Positions 38,661 to 51,260 are shown, counted from the first letter of the stretch. The stretch: 64,000 nt of DNA from Octopus bimaculoides (GCF_001194135.2 NC_069001.1:23063900-23127899), one strand, 5' to 3'. Made by a program: numbers and translations. Notes: a model not told the origin generated them from the sequence alone.

Positions 38661-39018
38661 AAAACAATTGCAGCGTGGAAGATGTTTATAAGCCATTTAA
38701 AATAACACACAAAATCCGTTAGATTCACTTCAACATTTAAATTTAATTTGTCAAGTTATTTTCGTCGCTTTGAGACCGCGACCTGTTCACTGACAAAATT
38801 CTGTGCTGCATCTGTGCAGCACAGAATTTTGTCAGTGAACAGGTCGCGGTCTCAAAGCGACGAAAATATCTTGACAAATTAAATTTAAATGTTGAAGTGA
38901 ATCTAACGGATTTTGTGTTATTTTAAATGGCTTATAAACACCTTCCATGCTGCAATTGTTTTCGTTCCAGCACACGATCTCAGATCAGGTCACTTGCTAT
39001 GCAAGTGCATCTCCGTAA
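38661..39018. mobile_element. PLE-type end with a 150-bp inverted duplication
   Basis: 38661-38810 against 38815-38962 is a near-perfect palindrome (3 substitutions, one 2-nt indel, 4-nt spacer); each arm holds an HHR-like motif. Confidence 0.8.
38828..38878 (+). ncRNA. Hammerhead-like motif, G3:C8 variant (mirror copy 38747-38797, minus strand)
   Basis: TTTGTCA-GTGAACA-G-GTCGC GGTCTCAAA GCGAC-GAAA-ATATCT-TGACAAA: 7-bp stem I and 5-bp stem II; stem III is imperfect. Confidence 0.55.
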
Positions 39019-39826
39019 TATCTATCTATCTATATATATATATATACATACACACACACATACATACATACATATGTTTAGACATGCATACATATATATA
39101 TATTGTTGCCATTATGTTAAACTGTCATATGTCCAAATTTGGCTAAATGCTTTTTTTGAAATATATATGTTTGCTTGCAATAGCCAGTTTTTTTGGTCAA
39201 ACTATTATATCCCCAGCTGCCATTCATTCACAAGGCATTGGTCAGACGTGGGCTTTAGTAGAAAACTCTTGTTGAAGCACTAAACCAGGAGCTTTGTGTT
39301 TGGAAAGCAAACCTCACACCACATAGCCATACCTGCGTCTACATAACCAAGGCCCCTATCCATTTTTCATTGTTTAACTCCACTCACAAAGGTTTGGTTG
39401 ACTCAGGGCTATAGTATATGACACTTGACCAACCGAAATGCCACACAATTCAGCCTTATCAGGAATCGTGTAATGCTGATTCTACTCGACCAAAATGCCA
39501 CACAGTAAGTTTGAACCTGAGACCACACGGTCAGGAAACAAATTCTAAATCACACAACCTCATATGAGTCAATAAACTATACTAATTCATATTTCAGGTT
39601 CAAATAGTAATGTTATCCAGCGCATGTATTAGACCATGGGGCTTAAAAGAAATACTTTCTTGGCACATATTTTTCTATACTTTTCTGTTTGCTGAATATA
39701 TGCTCTGTCAGTTTCTCTGCGATATGTGTATGCACCTATTTATTTACATGTACTAATAAGTTATCTCAGCAGTCATCTGTGTCATTGCTTATATCATTGA
39801 AAATTTGCTGCTGTTACTGCCATTGT

Positions 39827-39877
<51 letters not shown>

Positions 39878-41289
39878 TGCTGCTGTTGTTATCATAGTTG
39901 TTCTTGTTATTCTTGTTTCAGTGTTTTATGTTATTCTTATATTGGTATTTTATCATCTTGGCAAATATTCAGTCTTCAGTGGGTTCTTTTTTTGTTTTTG
40001 TTTTTGTTTTTGAGATTCTGGTCCTGCTGTCTCCATTTTATATCTTTTACCACCACCACCTCCTCCACCATCACCAGCAACAACAGTAACAACAACAGCA
40101 ACAACAACAAACCCTGCCAAACACATTCATACTTTTAGTTTTTCTTCTGTGTCTGTCTTTGCAGTCATTCTCTCCTTCCATTCCCCTCCAAGTCTATTCT
40201 TCTCTTTTGTGTTATCATGGTAGTAAAATATATTGGAAAACAATGACTCTTATTACCCTTTTAGAAAGACTACATACTCAAAAGGAATCGACTTGAATTC
40301 TTCTAGTCCACTTCTGTCTACTGCAATTTAGAGTTTTCTATATTTCTTGTTTTTCTTTTCTGCTTTTATTCTTTTTCGTTATTTATTTTACTTAACTGCT
40401 CTGTCCCTCAAATTGCTTCAGTCGTGTTTAAGTATTTTTATGTATGTATGTATGTATGTATGTATGTATGTATGTAGGTATGTATGCATGTTTGTATGTA
40501 TGTGTGCATGCATGTATGAAGGTATGTATTTATAAGATATGTATGTTGGTGTGTATGTCTGTAAGCAGGTTGTCTGGTAGTAAGCTAGGTAGATAGGTAT
40601 GTAGGTAGGTAGGTAAGAAGGTTGGCATGTAGGTAGGTCGTCCCTAGGAAAGTTGGTAGGTAGGCAGGCAGGTGAAATCAGTAGGCAACTTTCTAAGTAG
40701 GTAAGCTGATAGATAGGTAAATTGATTGGTGGTAGCTTAGGTAGGTAGGTAGGTTGATAGTTAAACATTAGGGAAATGACATGATTGTTCAGTTTAGAAG
40801 TTTGTTTCGAAATTATGACTTTCTGGGTTTGAGCCCACTATGTGGGGTCCCTTGTGTAAAGGAGAGTAAAGGAGAGTGGGTTAACCCAAGACTTAGTACA
40901 AATTTCAGGTTAACCCATATCTTTGGATTAATCCAAAACTTGTGATTGAAGTTTGGTAAACAGAAAATGTGCAGAAGGATTCTACATGTTTAGTTTGGTC
41001 AAAAACTGAGCCATGTTGATTCCACACAAGGATTAAACTAAGGGTATTTTGTCCTTGGGAAACCTCAGCTACTTAAAAACTATTGTTGAAACTAATGGAG
41101 AACCTTTAAGTTTTATATATGCATATATGTAAGTATATATGTATGTAAATATAGGGTCTGAAGAAACACTGTAAAGCTAAGTGTGTAATGGACGTGAAAC
41201 CCATTGACTAGCCATATCTACCTTTAGGTACTCTACTGTTCTGTAAACTTAGAGTGTGCTTCTTTTTCAGATTTATGATTTACTGAAGG

Positions 41290-41347
<58 letters not shown>

Positions 41348-41430
41348 GGGAGAATTCACAAAAAACAACAGAAGACAGGTGGTGTAGAAAACAAACAGAT
41401 GTATTAGTGTAAAGCTCAGGAATTGAAAAA

Positions 41431-41470
41431 GTTTTTAACATTTCAAGCCTACGCTCTTCCACAGAAAGAA
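41431..41470 (-). ncRNA. Decayed hammerhead-like motif (A6U variant) in a PLE-type end (about 41345-41520)
   Basis: TTCTTT-CTGTGGA-A-GAGC GTAG GCTT-GAAATGTT-AAAAA; two apparent CpG-decay changes from GCTCGAAACGTT. Confidence 0.45.
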
Positions 41471-41744
41471 ACATAGAAAGATACAAGGAGAGAAAAAATA
41501 TGTGTGTAGTGGTTAGCGATCTCTCTCTATATATATATATCCAAAGTTTAAAATTTATACATTTAAAAAAGAGATTTAACACCGAAGTTTATATATCCAT
41601 GTATTCATTCAATGTAAACATTTCTATGTATAACTATATTTAACCATTAAAATAAGTTAAATATATTCCTTAAGGAATCTAATTAAAGGTTTTTTGAGGT
41701 GAAATCTTATGCTATATTGGTAACGATTACAGAGTTTACTTTGA

Positions 41745-41784
<40 letters not shown>

Positions 41785-42660
41785 CCACAAAAATGTTTCA
41801 ACTAATGTCGTTGCTTGATTGTTCTCTTAAACATGCTCTTTTGTTCAGATGTGACAACAATGAGCGCCTCTTGCCCTACATGTTACAGTATTGTTTTGGT
41901 GCCCTTTCGTATGACATTTCAGTCCTCCTCTTTATGTACATTAGTAGAAGACACCTGCCTAATGTGCAGCACATTGAGACTAAACCCAAAACCTCAGGGT
42001 TACAAGTTGTACTTCTTAATTACACAGCCATACCAATACTATGTGCCTTATATTACATATATGTAGCTATAATGTGTGTGTGTATGTGTATGTAAAGATC
42101 CAGAGAGAGAGAGAAAGGGGGTACTAAGTTGTGTATGAGGATGGAAAATTTATTTCCTTTGCCAGCAGAAAGATCAATTTAAAAATCTATTGAGGGCAAA
42201 ACAAATGATAGTTATAGTGTAGAGAAAGAAAGAGAGAGAGAAATGTGAGAAAGGACCAGTGGTGTAATAAGGAAAAAGAAAGCGGGAGTAGAAATATTAG
42301 ATCACTGTACTGAGAGGAAACTGCAAGAAGCAGTAGGAATTGAGGAAGGAAGCTCTAGATCAAACTTTTTATTCTAGCTTGGACCAGTATTTTAAATTAT
42401 ACTTTCACTCATGTAACAAAATATATGAGAGCAGATCTTATGATGATATAAACTGCGAAAGCAAAGATTTAACTGTGTTGTTGGATGTAGATGACAGAGT
42501 AGAAATGTTAGCTAATTTTAATACTTCTATCACTATCAACCCATTAATGCCCAAAATAAAAAAAAGTCTTGAATTTTTTTGTTGCATTCACATATGTTGT
42601 ATATTTTCATGTATTTTAGAAGTTAACAACAAAAATTTGTGAATATTATAATAATGAAGC

Positions 42661-43002
42661 ATTACCAGCGTCGCCTTCTAGCACTTGTGCTGGTGGCACG
42701 TTAGAAAATCATTCGAGTGAGGTCATTGCCAGTGCCGCTGGACTGGCTCCTGTGCAGATGGCACGTAAAAACCACCTTTTTGAGCGAGACCGTTGCCAGT
42801 ACCGTGTGACTGGCCCTCATGCCGGTGGCAAGTAAAAGTAACCACTACACTCTCGGAGTGGTTGGCGTTAGGAAGGGCATCCAGCTGTAGAAACTCTGCC
42901 AGATCAGAATGGAGCCTGGTGCAGCCTTCTGGTTTGCCAGTCCTCAGTCAAATCGTCCAACCCATGCTAGCATGGAAAGCGGACGTTAAACGATGATGAT
43001 GA
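42661..43002 (+). mobile_element. RTE-tail retroposon, inserted in the piggyBac 3' region
   Basis: Highly similar to 12675-13020; (GAT)n tail. Confidence 0.85.
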
Positions 43003-43149
43003 AAGTGATTTTTAGACCCGTATGATATATCATACGCTGGGTATGTAGGGTTAAAATTTTGAAATAAGGATGAAGGAAAAAAACATTTTTAATCTCGTTT
43101 ATTTGTTTTACAAAAAATTGTAATGACAAGTAAATATAATATTTCTAAG

Positions 43150-45171
43150 AGGAATACTTTTATCAATGAAAATGAAGAAAGCATATGTCAGGATGTGGGC
43201 CTACATTGCCTTTGATGCAAACAAATTTGGTGCACTTTCCAGAAGCTGTGCATTGCCTTTGAGCTTCAATTTTGTTGACAAGGTGGTCTCTGTTACCGAA
43301 TTGTGCCACTTGCAGAACTTGCTTCTTTGTTTTAGGATGTACCACTCTTTTCTTTTTGTAAATTTAGTAGTGCAGCATGCAATGCAGTAACTATTTGCCT
43401 TGTAAATTCCAGTAGAGAAATATTCCTCTGAATGCAGTGGAAAAGAATCCATAAATTTACAATGCTTCCATTGAAGCAAAATCTAAATAAAGGCCAATAC
43501 ATTGATCGTATTCTAATTCGATAATGACCTCCCAATTTGTCAACTAGATCAACACCTCCCATTTGTCTGTTATGTAGCTTCACAATATTTGGTTAAGATA
43601 CAGATACTCTATTTCTCTCAGATTTTTTCCATCGTTTACAGCTGCCAACATCAAAAACCTTCTCATCTTTCAAATTGGTTACAATATTTACTTGCCATCT
43701 TAGCAGATTAATTGCACCTCCTTATCCTCAACTGCACAGCAAGTGCCTTGTGCAGCTTACTTATATGCTGTTGCAATGCCTTTTCTGTTCTATCATTTCG
43801 AAAAGTCCCAACACAAAAGAAACCATTGTTTGAAGGTAGAGAAGTGAAATAGTTATCCATATAAATGCAGAATCCTACTGGTACAAATTTTAAACAAAAT
43901 TTTTCGTTAACTGAAGAACCAAGTGTTTTACCTGCAATTTTGTCTCCTGCACCTGTGTAAGGATAGAATTTCACTAAAAATCCATCTGGTCTGGCAGGCA
44001 CTAAAATTTGAAAACATAGCGTATGGGCTTGCCTCTTATAAACTGTTTCATGCCATGATGCCCAAAATAAGGCTCCATTGCTTCATCAAAAGAGAAGTGG
44101 TTACCCATTGATTCTACAAATTTGCAAAATTTATCATTTAAGTGCTCTAAAAGAGGCCTAACCTTATAGACTTTATCACAAAGATCAAGTTAATTGTTGT
44201 CATTGAAATGCAGATATTGATGTATTTTCATAAACGTATTTCCAGACATTGCATGACTAACTAAATGGTTGTTTGAATCAGATCTAGTCTTCCAGTACAT
44301 TCTTCTGCAAAGAAGTTTATTGTAACCTGACAACAGAAGAATTCCACAATACTTGTAAAGATCCTCAACAGACAAAGTTTTGTGCAGCATATTTAAAGGT
44401 TTCTCTGCAAATACAATTCATAATATCGTTAGAGAAGCACTCCTTGAAGACATCAGTTGGCTTAAACTCTTTATCAATAAATTTTGTTTTAATCGAAGGT
44501 TCAGTTACACTGGAATCACAATCACACTTTGCAGAGAACTGCTTCAATGGTTTATTATTCCATTTATGAGAACTTTTCTTTGTGCGTGAACAGTGCTTCT
44601 CAGCAGAGCTTGGTGTCACCTCCTTGTCTACATCAAGAACCTCAACACCAGCTTTACTATAGGCTCTAATCTCACCTTTCTCTGCAAGAATACCTCTCCC
44701 AATGGTTGCGGTGAAATCCTGACATACCTGTGGGGAAGCAAGTCAACTGTCCTAAACTATATACAAGCACATACACACTGTCTGTGAGGGACAGTGTGGT
44801 GTGAGCAGGCGCTTTGTGGAGACAGTCGTAGAAGTCATTGAGAAGAGACATTATTTGTTACGTGTTGTTTCTGATTTATATTTGCATTGTTATAAACTTG
44901 TTATAAGTCCATGTTATAAAGTGGCATATACAGTGAGTTCAAAGAAGGACATAACAGTGCCAACGAGACACACAATGTCTTGCAACTTTGCTGAAGATTC
45001 TTTACAGTCACTTGAAGCATCATCTTTATCTGAATCATCGCCATCATTTGGTGGATGAAGCTCGTCAGCATTATCAGTTTCCTCAATAAAATGTTCAGTA
45101 TCATCACCAGATTTGATTATATTTAGGATTTCTTCAGTATCTCTTTCACCATCAAATTTTCTCTTAGACAT
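43150..45171 (-). pseudogene. piggyBac transposase pseudogene (PGBD2/PGBD3-like)
   Basis: GILLLSGYNKL..RRMYW, LHFNDN, FSFDEAMEPYFGHHGMKQFIRGKPIR, IYMDNYFTS, HNRQMGGVDLVD...YRIRIRS..YWPLF; many stops and frameshifts. Possible degenerate termini CCCATTAATGCCC at about 42540 and about 45919-45933. Confidence 0.92.
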
Positions 45172-45319
45172 GTTTAACAATCTTGAATTAGTTGTATATA
45201 TTTCACTTGCACTTATGCAAACATTAGTTTGCTAGTAAATAGGCTACATTTTCTGCAAAAATAATAGATGTAGAAAATGTAAGATGCAAGAACAAAATAT
45301 TTTAATTTACAATTGTTTT

Positions 45320-45357
<38 letters not shown>

Positions 45358-46301
45358 TATTGTTAACAGAATTAACGATTGTATGTCCAAACCTGAAAAA
45401 TTTCATTTTGAATGAAATGTGAATGTTTTATCATACACATATATACAAATGTTAATAAATCGAAACTTTATTTGCGTAGATTACTAAGACATGTTTGGTT
45501 TGCAAAAGTTATGTATACTTAATAAAAAATACAAAAGCAAAATAAAATATTACAAAACATTTAAAACATACAAATAAAAAAACTTACCACCGGAAGCATT
45601 TCTTCCTCATTTCAAAATTTGACACGAAAAGAAATGAGTCGAGCACAATGTAGAAATGATTAAAGTATGACTTTGATGCCAAATATTGCCAGATAAATTA
45701 TTATTCTTTATCTTCAGAAAGGTTTTTGATGCCTAAATTTTTGAAATTATTTTATACGAAAATTTTCATCTGAGACAAAAAAGTGTATGAAGAAGGCTGG
45801 AAACTATGAAGTGTAGTTTGTTAGGTAAAGGCAAGCCTTAGTGTAACTACAGCAGAAAATGTAGATTGTGTTTATGAGAGCTGTGACAGATATTTCAGAG
45901 ATGCTTCATGTCCAAAATGTATTAATGCACTAAATCAGAAACTTACTTTCTATTTATATGAGTGAAAATATGTTCTAAAATACTGGTCCAAATCACCATA
46001 TTAGATACTGATGCATGGAGGTGTTGATCTTCAACAATACTGTATGTTGCAGTTTTTAGAGTCCCTTGTCATCTTCTTTTCTTTTTGAGACTGAACATTG
46101 AGATCAGTCTTTGCCAATTTGTCACAGGCCTTTCTCTGCCATCATTTTCCACAGGTTACCTCAACCTTTGAGCCATTTTATTATTCAGCTTGTAACATCT
46201 GTCCACACTACATCAAATGTATCATTTATGTATGTGTGTGCATACATGAATAAATATGTATGCAAATATGAGTGTGTGTGTGTGTGTACATAAATATATA
46301 C

Positions 46302-46368
<67 letters not shown>

Positions 46369-47998
46369 CATGTGTATGTATGCATATGTTAGTATATATT
46401 TATAAATTATTTATTCAATTTAATATATTGCTTTCTGATTGAACTAGAGGAATAAACAACAAAATATATTCTATTTAAAGTAAGAAATTAATTATATTTC
46501 TCGAGTATTTAAATTTTATTTGCTTTCAGATTTTTTTCATTCGTTTTCTTTTTTTCTTTCTTTTTGTTCCTTCAAGTGATCTCAGTGCCAAAGATAGTAG
46601 TTTGCTCTTATAATCCATAATCTTATGAAGCATGATGCTACAAGGCATTCCAAACCAATATAGATATCAGAAACAAAAGAAATTTTTCAAAATGTAAAAT
46701 ACAAGCAAACACTTCATGTGGTAAGATATGGTTTTGGTGTAACAGCTTTAGAATAAATGATTTCCATAAGAGCAAAAATTCTTTTCTTTTTAATACATAA
46801 ATACATAAAACATCTTTTGGGAATATAACAACTTCAATTGGATCTAGGGAGATAGTAAAGATTAAATTTATCTGAGTGACATGAATTGTTTTGCAGTGTG
46901 ATTGTCCTCATTTTTTCTCTCCATTTCAAATGTTATATTAAAGAATAAAAAACAAAAACAAATTGAATAGAAAAAATTTCTGTGATATTCTTACAAATGT
47001 ACAATATCGCAAATTTTCAATATCAGTGAAACATTCATTGAAAATATTACAACAAAGTTGTGGATTTATTTTGATTTATTGATGGAAATTTTGAATGAAA
47101 AGAAAGTAGTTGCAAATTAAATTGTACAAACAAATTGTACCTAGTTTGATTTCCTTATTTTATTTTGGCATTGTTGTAAACGTGTGTGTGTGTGTGTATG
47201 CATTCATGCATAGATAAACACAAACATATGAGTGTATATGTATATATGTATGTTAATACATACGTACATATATTGTCATAATCATTGTTGCTGTCCTCTT
47301 AGAGAGGTCAGGAAGCCCCATCTCCAGTACTGGGATGAAAATTTTTTTAGGACACAGTCCTCTTCTACATAAGAATAATTTTTTTCCCGTGAAATTAGGA
47401 TTTCGTTCTTCCTTTCCTCTTTTACATTCTTAAATTTTTTGTCAATGAAACAAGCTATACATCAATAAATACATGAATAAACAAATAACAACAGCTTTTA
47501 TATAATAAGAGACTTTCATTTATCCTCATGCTTCAGATATTTCCATATTGAAGCTTTTTCTTTCTTTATATTTTTCAATGGTTGCATGTTTTACTCCTGT
47601 ATCATCATCTGGATGATTTTTCATCGAAATCTGTACAATTTCACATATTCAATGGGTGGTTGTTCAAATTAATCACCTTAAAATCTGTAAATTTGTCACT
47701 TTTTTTTTTAATTCATGGCAATTCTTTTTATTAGAATATATAATGTTCATCAAAATTCCTCTTTATACCTGTACAGATTTTATATAAATAATATTAATTA
47801 TATATACATATCTAGGCACAGGTGTGGTTGTGTGGTTAAGAAGTTTGCTTCTTAATCACATGGTTCTGGGTTCAGCTCCATGGTGTGGCACCTTGGGCAC
47901 ACAATCGAGCTTTATGGAGTCCTTGGACACATCAGTCCCTGTCAAACAATCCAACCCATGACAGCATGGAACATGGACGTTAAATGATGAGGATAATA

Positions 47999-48028
<30 letters not shown>

Positions 48029-48034
<6 letters not shown>

Positions 48035-48255
48035 CTTTACTACCCACAAGGGGCTACACACAGAGGGGACAAACAAGGACAGACGAATGGATTAAGTCAA
48101 ATTTTTCGACCCCAGTGCGTAACTGGTACTTATTTAATCGACCCCGAAAGGATGAAAGGCAAAGTCGACCTCAGCGGAATTTGAACTCAGAACGTAGCGG
48201 CAGACGAAATACCGCTAAGCATTTCGCCCCACGTGCTAACGTTTCTGCCAGCTCG
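48029..48255 (-). mobile_element. SINE family B full-length, CpG-rich (young) copy
   Basis: Reverse complement of the 21350-21551 type; inserted in (TG)n. Confidence 0.9.
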
Positions 48256-49063
48256 TGTGTGTGTGTGTGAATACGTATGTCTGTATGTTTGTCTTTTTTG
48301 TGCTGATAATTGGATGGATCTTATTATGCTAATTTCGGAAGGCATTTGCAATGTAATCCTAGAAATTACTGGCACAGATCTCATTGTAAAATCGTTTAAT
48401 GAATTCATCAAATTTTTTCTTCAGCTCCTTTCTTGTATCTTCAATGTTTCAAGAATATAAGTCAACAATATTTACCAAATCATGAATTCTCATTGTTTCT
48501 TTTTAATATAATATCACTATCTATCAATCTCCATTTCCTATTTCCTATTACTGCATCCAATGGTCTTCGGTAAGAAAGACTCATACAATCCTTCAACAAA
48601 CTCAATATGTTGCAAAGCTTTCAAAAGATTGGTTTCATTTCCTTTTATTTCATAGGTATCCCCTCTCTTTTTATGCATTTCAAAGGCCTTCATTGATCTT
48701 TTCATTAATTTTTCTCTTCATGGTACATTGAAATTTTTTGCTTGAAGAGCATTTGACAGTAATGGAATTTCTTTATGCAAATCTGTCATGGTTGATAAAT
48801 TTTCCAGAAATCATTTGTAGGAAAGATGGAGAACCATTCCTGCAGATTTCTATTTAAACGCAAAATGTTTGAATAATGCTGGATAAGCACATCATAATGC
48901 AACTGCTGATCCAAGGCTGCAAGCAGCCCATCTTAATCCTAAAACACAGCAATTCTTTAGGATTTTATCCATGTTGTCTTAAAGTTTTAAGAAGTTCTGT
49001 TTAGTTGTTTTATTTCATTGGTGAAAAATCTTGTGTATTTCATCAATAGACAAGTTAAATCTT

Positions 49064-49463
49064 ACAGTTCTATATTTAAGAGATGAGGAATTATTAACAT
49101 TATTTACATTATTTACATTATTTACATTTGACGGATATTTGTCCTCATTTTGTTTGTTGTTAACACAACGTTTCGGCTGATATACCCCCATAATTGCCTA
49201 CGGGCATATGGCGTAGTGGTTAAGAGCGCGGGCTACTAACCCCAAGGTTCCAAGTTCGATTCACAGCAGCGACCTGATTAATAATAGTAATAATAATAAT
49301 AATAATAATAATATAATAATAGCAACATCGTTAGGAATGAGAACCCAGGTTCGAAATTTCCCCAAGACACCTGACGAAGGCTGGAGGGTATATCAGCCGA
49401 AACGTTGTGTTAACAACAAACAAGATGAGGACAAATATCCGTCAAATGTAAATAATGTAAATA
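49064..49463 (+). mobile_element. Composite insertion: inverted tail + tRNA-SINE with hammerhead tail (copy 2), 12-bp TSD
   Basis: TSD AAGTTAAATCTT at 49052-49063 and 49464-49475. Inverted tail 49064-49187; head from 49202 with A box TGGCGTAGTGG and B box AGTTCGATTC; HHR at 49366-49411. Confidence 0.9.
49366..49411 (+). ncRNA. Minimal type I hammerhead ribozyme (C3:G8)
   Basis: GACAC-CTGACGA-A-GGCTG GAGGGTATAT CAGCC-GAAAC-GTT-GTGTT. Confidence 0.8.
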
Positions 49464-51260
49464 AAGTTAAATCTTGTTTCATGTTTTTGACAGAATTATT
49501 CAAAACAAGTTGCAGATGATAAACAATTCCAGGAATATCATTCTGAAATTTGGTACTCATTCTTGAAATCTTGCAAGTATTACACTTCCACTATCAATAC
49601 AAAATGCAATCAAATAATTTTTACTTTGAGACAATCATCATTGACTTCAGCAAAATGTAGACTTTATAATACTGAAATATGTATGGCTTTTACATCTTAT
49701 CATTTCAACTCGAACCAAAAAGAATTTTTAGTGAAAAATCACTGTATTCAACTTTCTTAAAAATGATGACAACTGGTTGACTTCAAATCATTGAAGCTTC
49801 GACACAAAGCTTATTTTCCATTGCAATACAATGAACTATTATTGGTCACAAGCTTACAAAATCATTAACACACAGGACAAAATGTTTAGTGGTATTCTGT
49901 CTGCCTTTACATTTTGAGTTCAAAATCTGCCAGGGTCGACTCTGCCTTTCATCCTTTTGGGGGCGATAAAATAAGTACAAGTTGAACACTAGAGGTGAAT
50001 GGAATTGATTTGTCCCTTCCCCCAAAATTGCTGGCGTTGTGCAAAAATTTGAAAACCAGTATAATGAATTAATTTAATATCTGTCTTGTGGGAATTAAGT
50101 TCTATTACCCATTTCCAATTCATTGTTTATTTCTAACTCAATCTCAGATTCAGTATTCAAAAGGGGCTTGTTTCATTCTCTTACATTCTAGCTGGTACTA
50201 ACCATTTTACTAGTGGTGCTTCATATATTTTTCTTATTCCATCAATGGTTTTTGTAGCTGCATTCTCTCAATGTTCCTTCAGTTGCATTACATATAACTG
50301 AAGTTGTATTACTTATTACATATTATGTACTTTTGGTCAAAAATGGTTATTTTTTTTTTTTAAGAGGTACCTACTGGAAGACTTTGTTTGTTCCTGATGC
50401 CTTCAACATTGCAACTTTCCACTCTTTTGAAACATTTATTCCTTTAATGCTTCTGGACTCAATTTTTGTACAGTAATCACAGCCAAGTTTATTGTTGATA
50501 TCAAGTAACCTTTTTATATTTCCTTTTGAACTTCCCAGCTGTCTTCATATTCTGGCAATCTAAAAGAGCACTATTTTTGTCGAACACAGTCTTGTGAGTT
50601 TCATCACCTGTTAATGTTGGAGTTTGATGTTCGATCAATTCTTGCTTCAAAAGGTTCTCACTTACTGAAGTTGCTGAAGGTTTTTCTTTCATCCTGATCT
50701 TCCTTCAAATCACTTCTTAGAATTTTCCTCATAAACTTCACCAAAATGCAAGTGTGACTGTGGTGATTAAGAAGCTTGTTTCATAACCATATGGTCTTGG
50801 GTTCAGTCCCACTGCATGGCACCTTGCACCATTGTTGTCTGCTATAGCCCAAAGTAGATTTGGTAAACAGAAAATACACACAGATATNNNNNNNNNNNNN
50901 NNNNNNNNNNNNNNNNNNNNNNNNNNNNNNNNNNNNNNNNNNNNNNNNNNNNNNNNNNNNNNNNNNNNNNNNNNNNNNNNNNNNNNNNNNNNNNNNNNNN
51001 NNNNNNNNNNNNNNNNNNNNNNNNNNNNNNNNNNNNNNNNNNNNNNNNNNNNNNNNNNNNNNNNNNNNNNNNNNNNNNNNNNNNNNNNNNNNNNNNNNNN
51101 NNNNNNNNNNNNNNNNNNNNNNNNNNNNNNNNNNNNNNNNNNNNNNNNNNNNNNNNNNNNNNNNNNNNNNNNNNNNNNNNNNNNNNNNNNNNNNNNNNNN
51201 NNNNNNNNNNNNNNNNNNNNNNNNNNNNNNNNNNAAACAGACAGAGTTGGAGCTCTTTTA

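Larger units (their letters stand above)
47400..50745 (-). pseudogene. hAT transposase remnant (KIAA1586/ZNF862-like) with nested SINE insertions
   Basis: Minus-strand remnants HLQLVLNNSVKNMKQ, VLGLRWAACSLGSA, FLENLSTMTDLHKEIPLLSNALQA and FKRKYK; interrupted at 47817-48255, 49064-49463 and 49870-50055. Confidence 0.75.

Noticed and set aside
12675-43002. Near-identical 340-bp segments 30 kb apart as LTRs or a segmental duplication
   Set aside because: The flanks are unrelated, there are no TG...CA ends, and both finish in (GAT)n; these are two retroposon copies.
49202-49275. tRNA gene
   Set aside because: A and B boxes are present but the acceptor stem and cloverleaf are not maintained, and the sequence runs into a SINE body. 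The same applies to 5692-5769 and 16150-16230.
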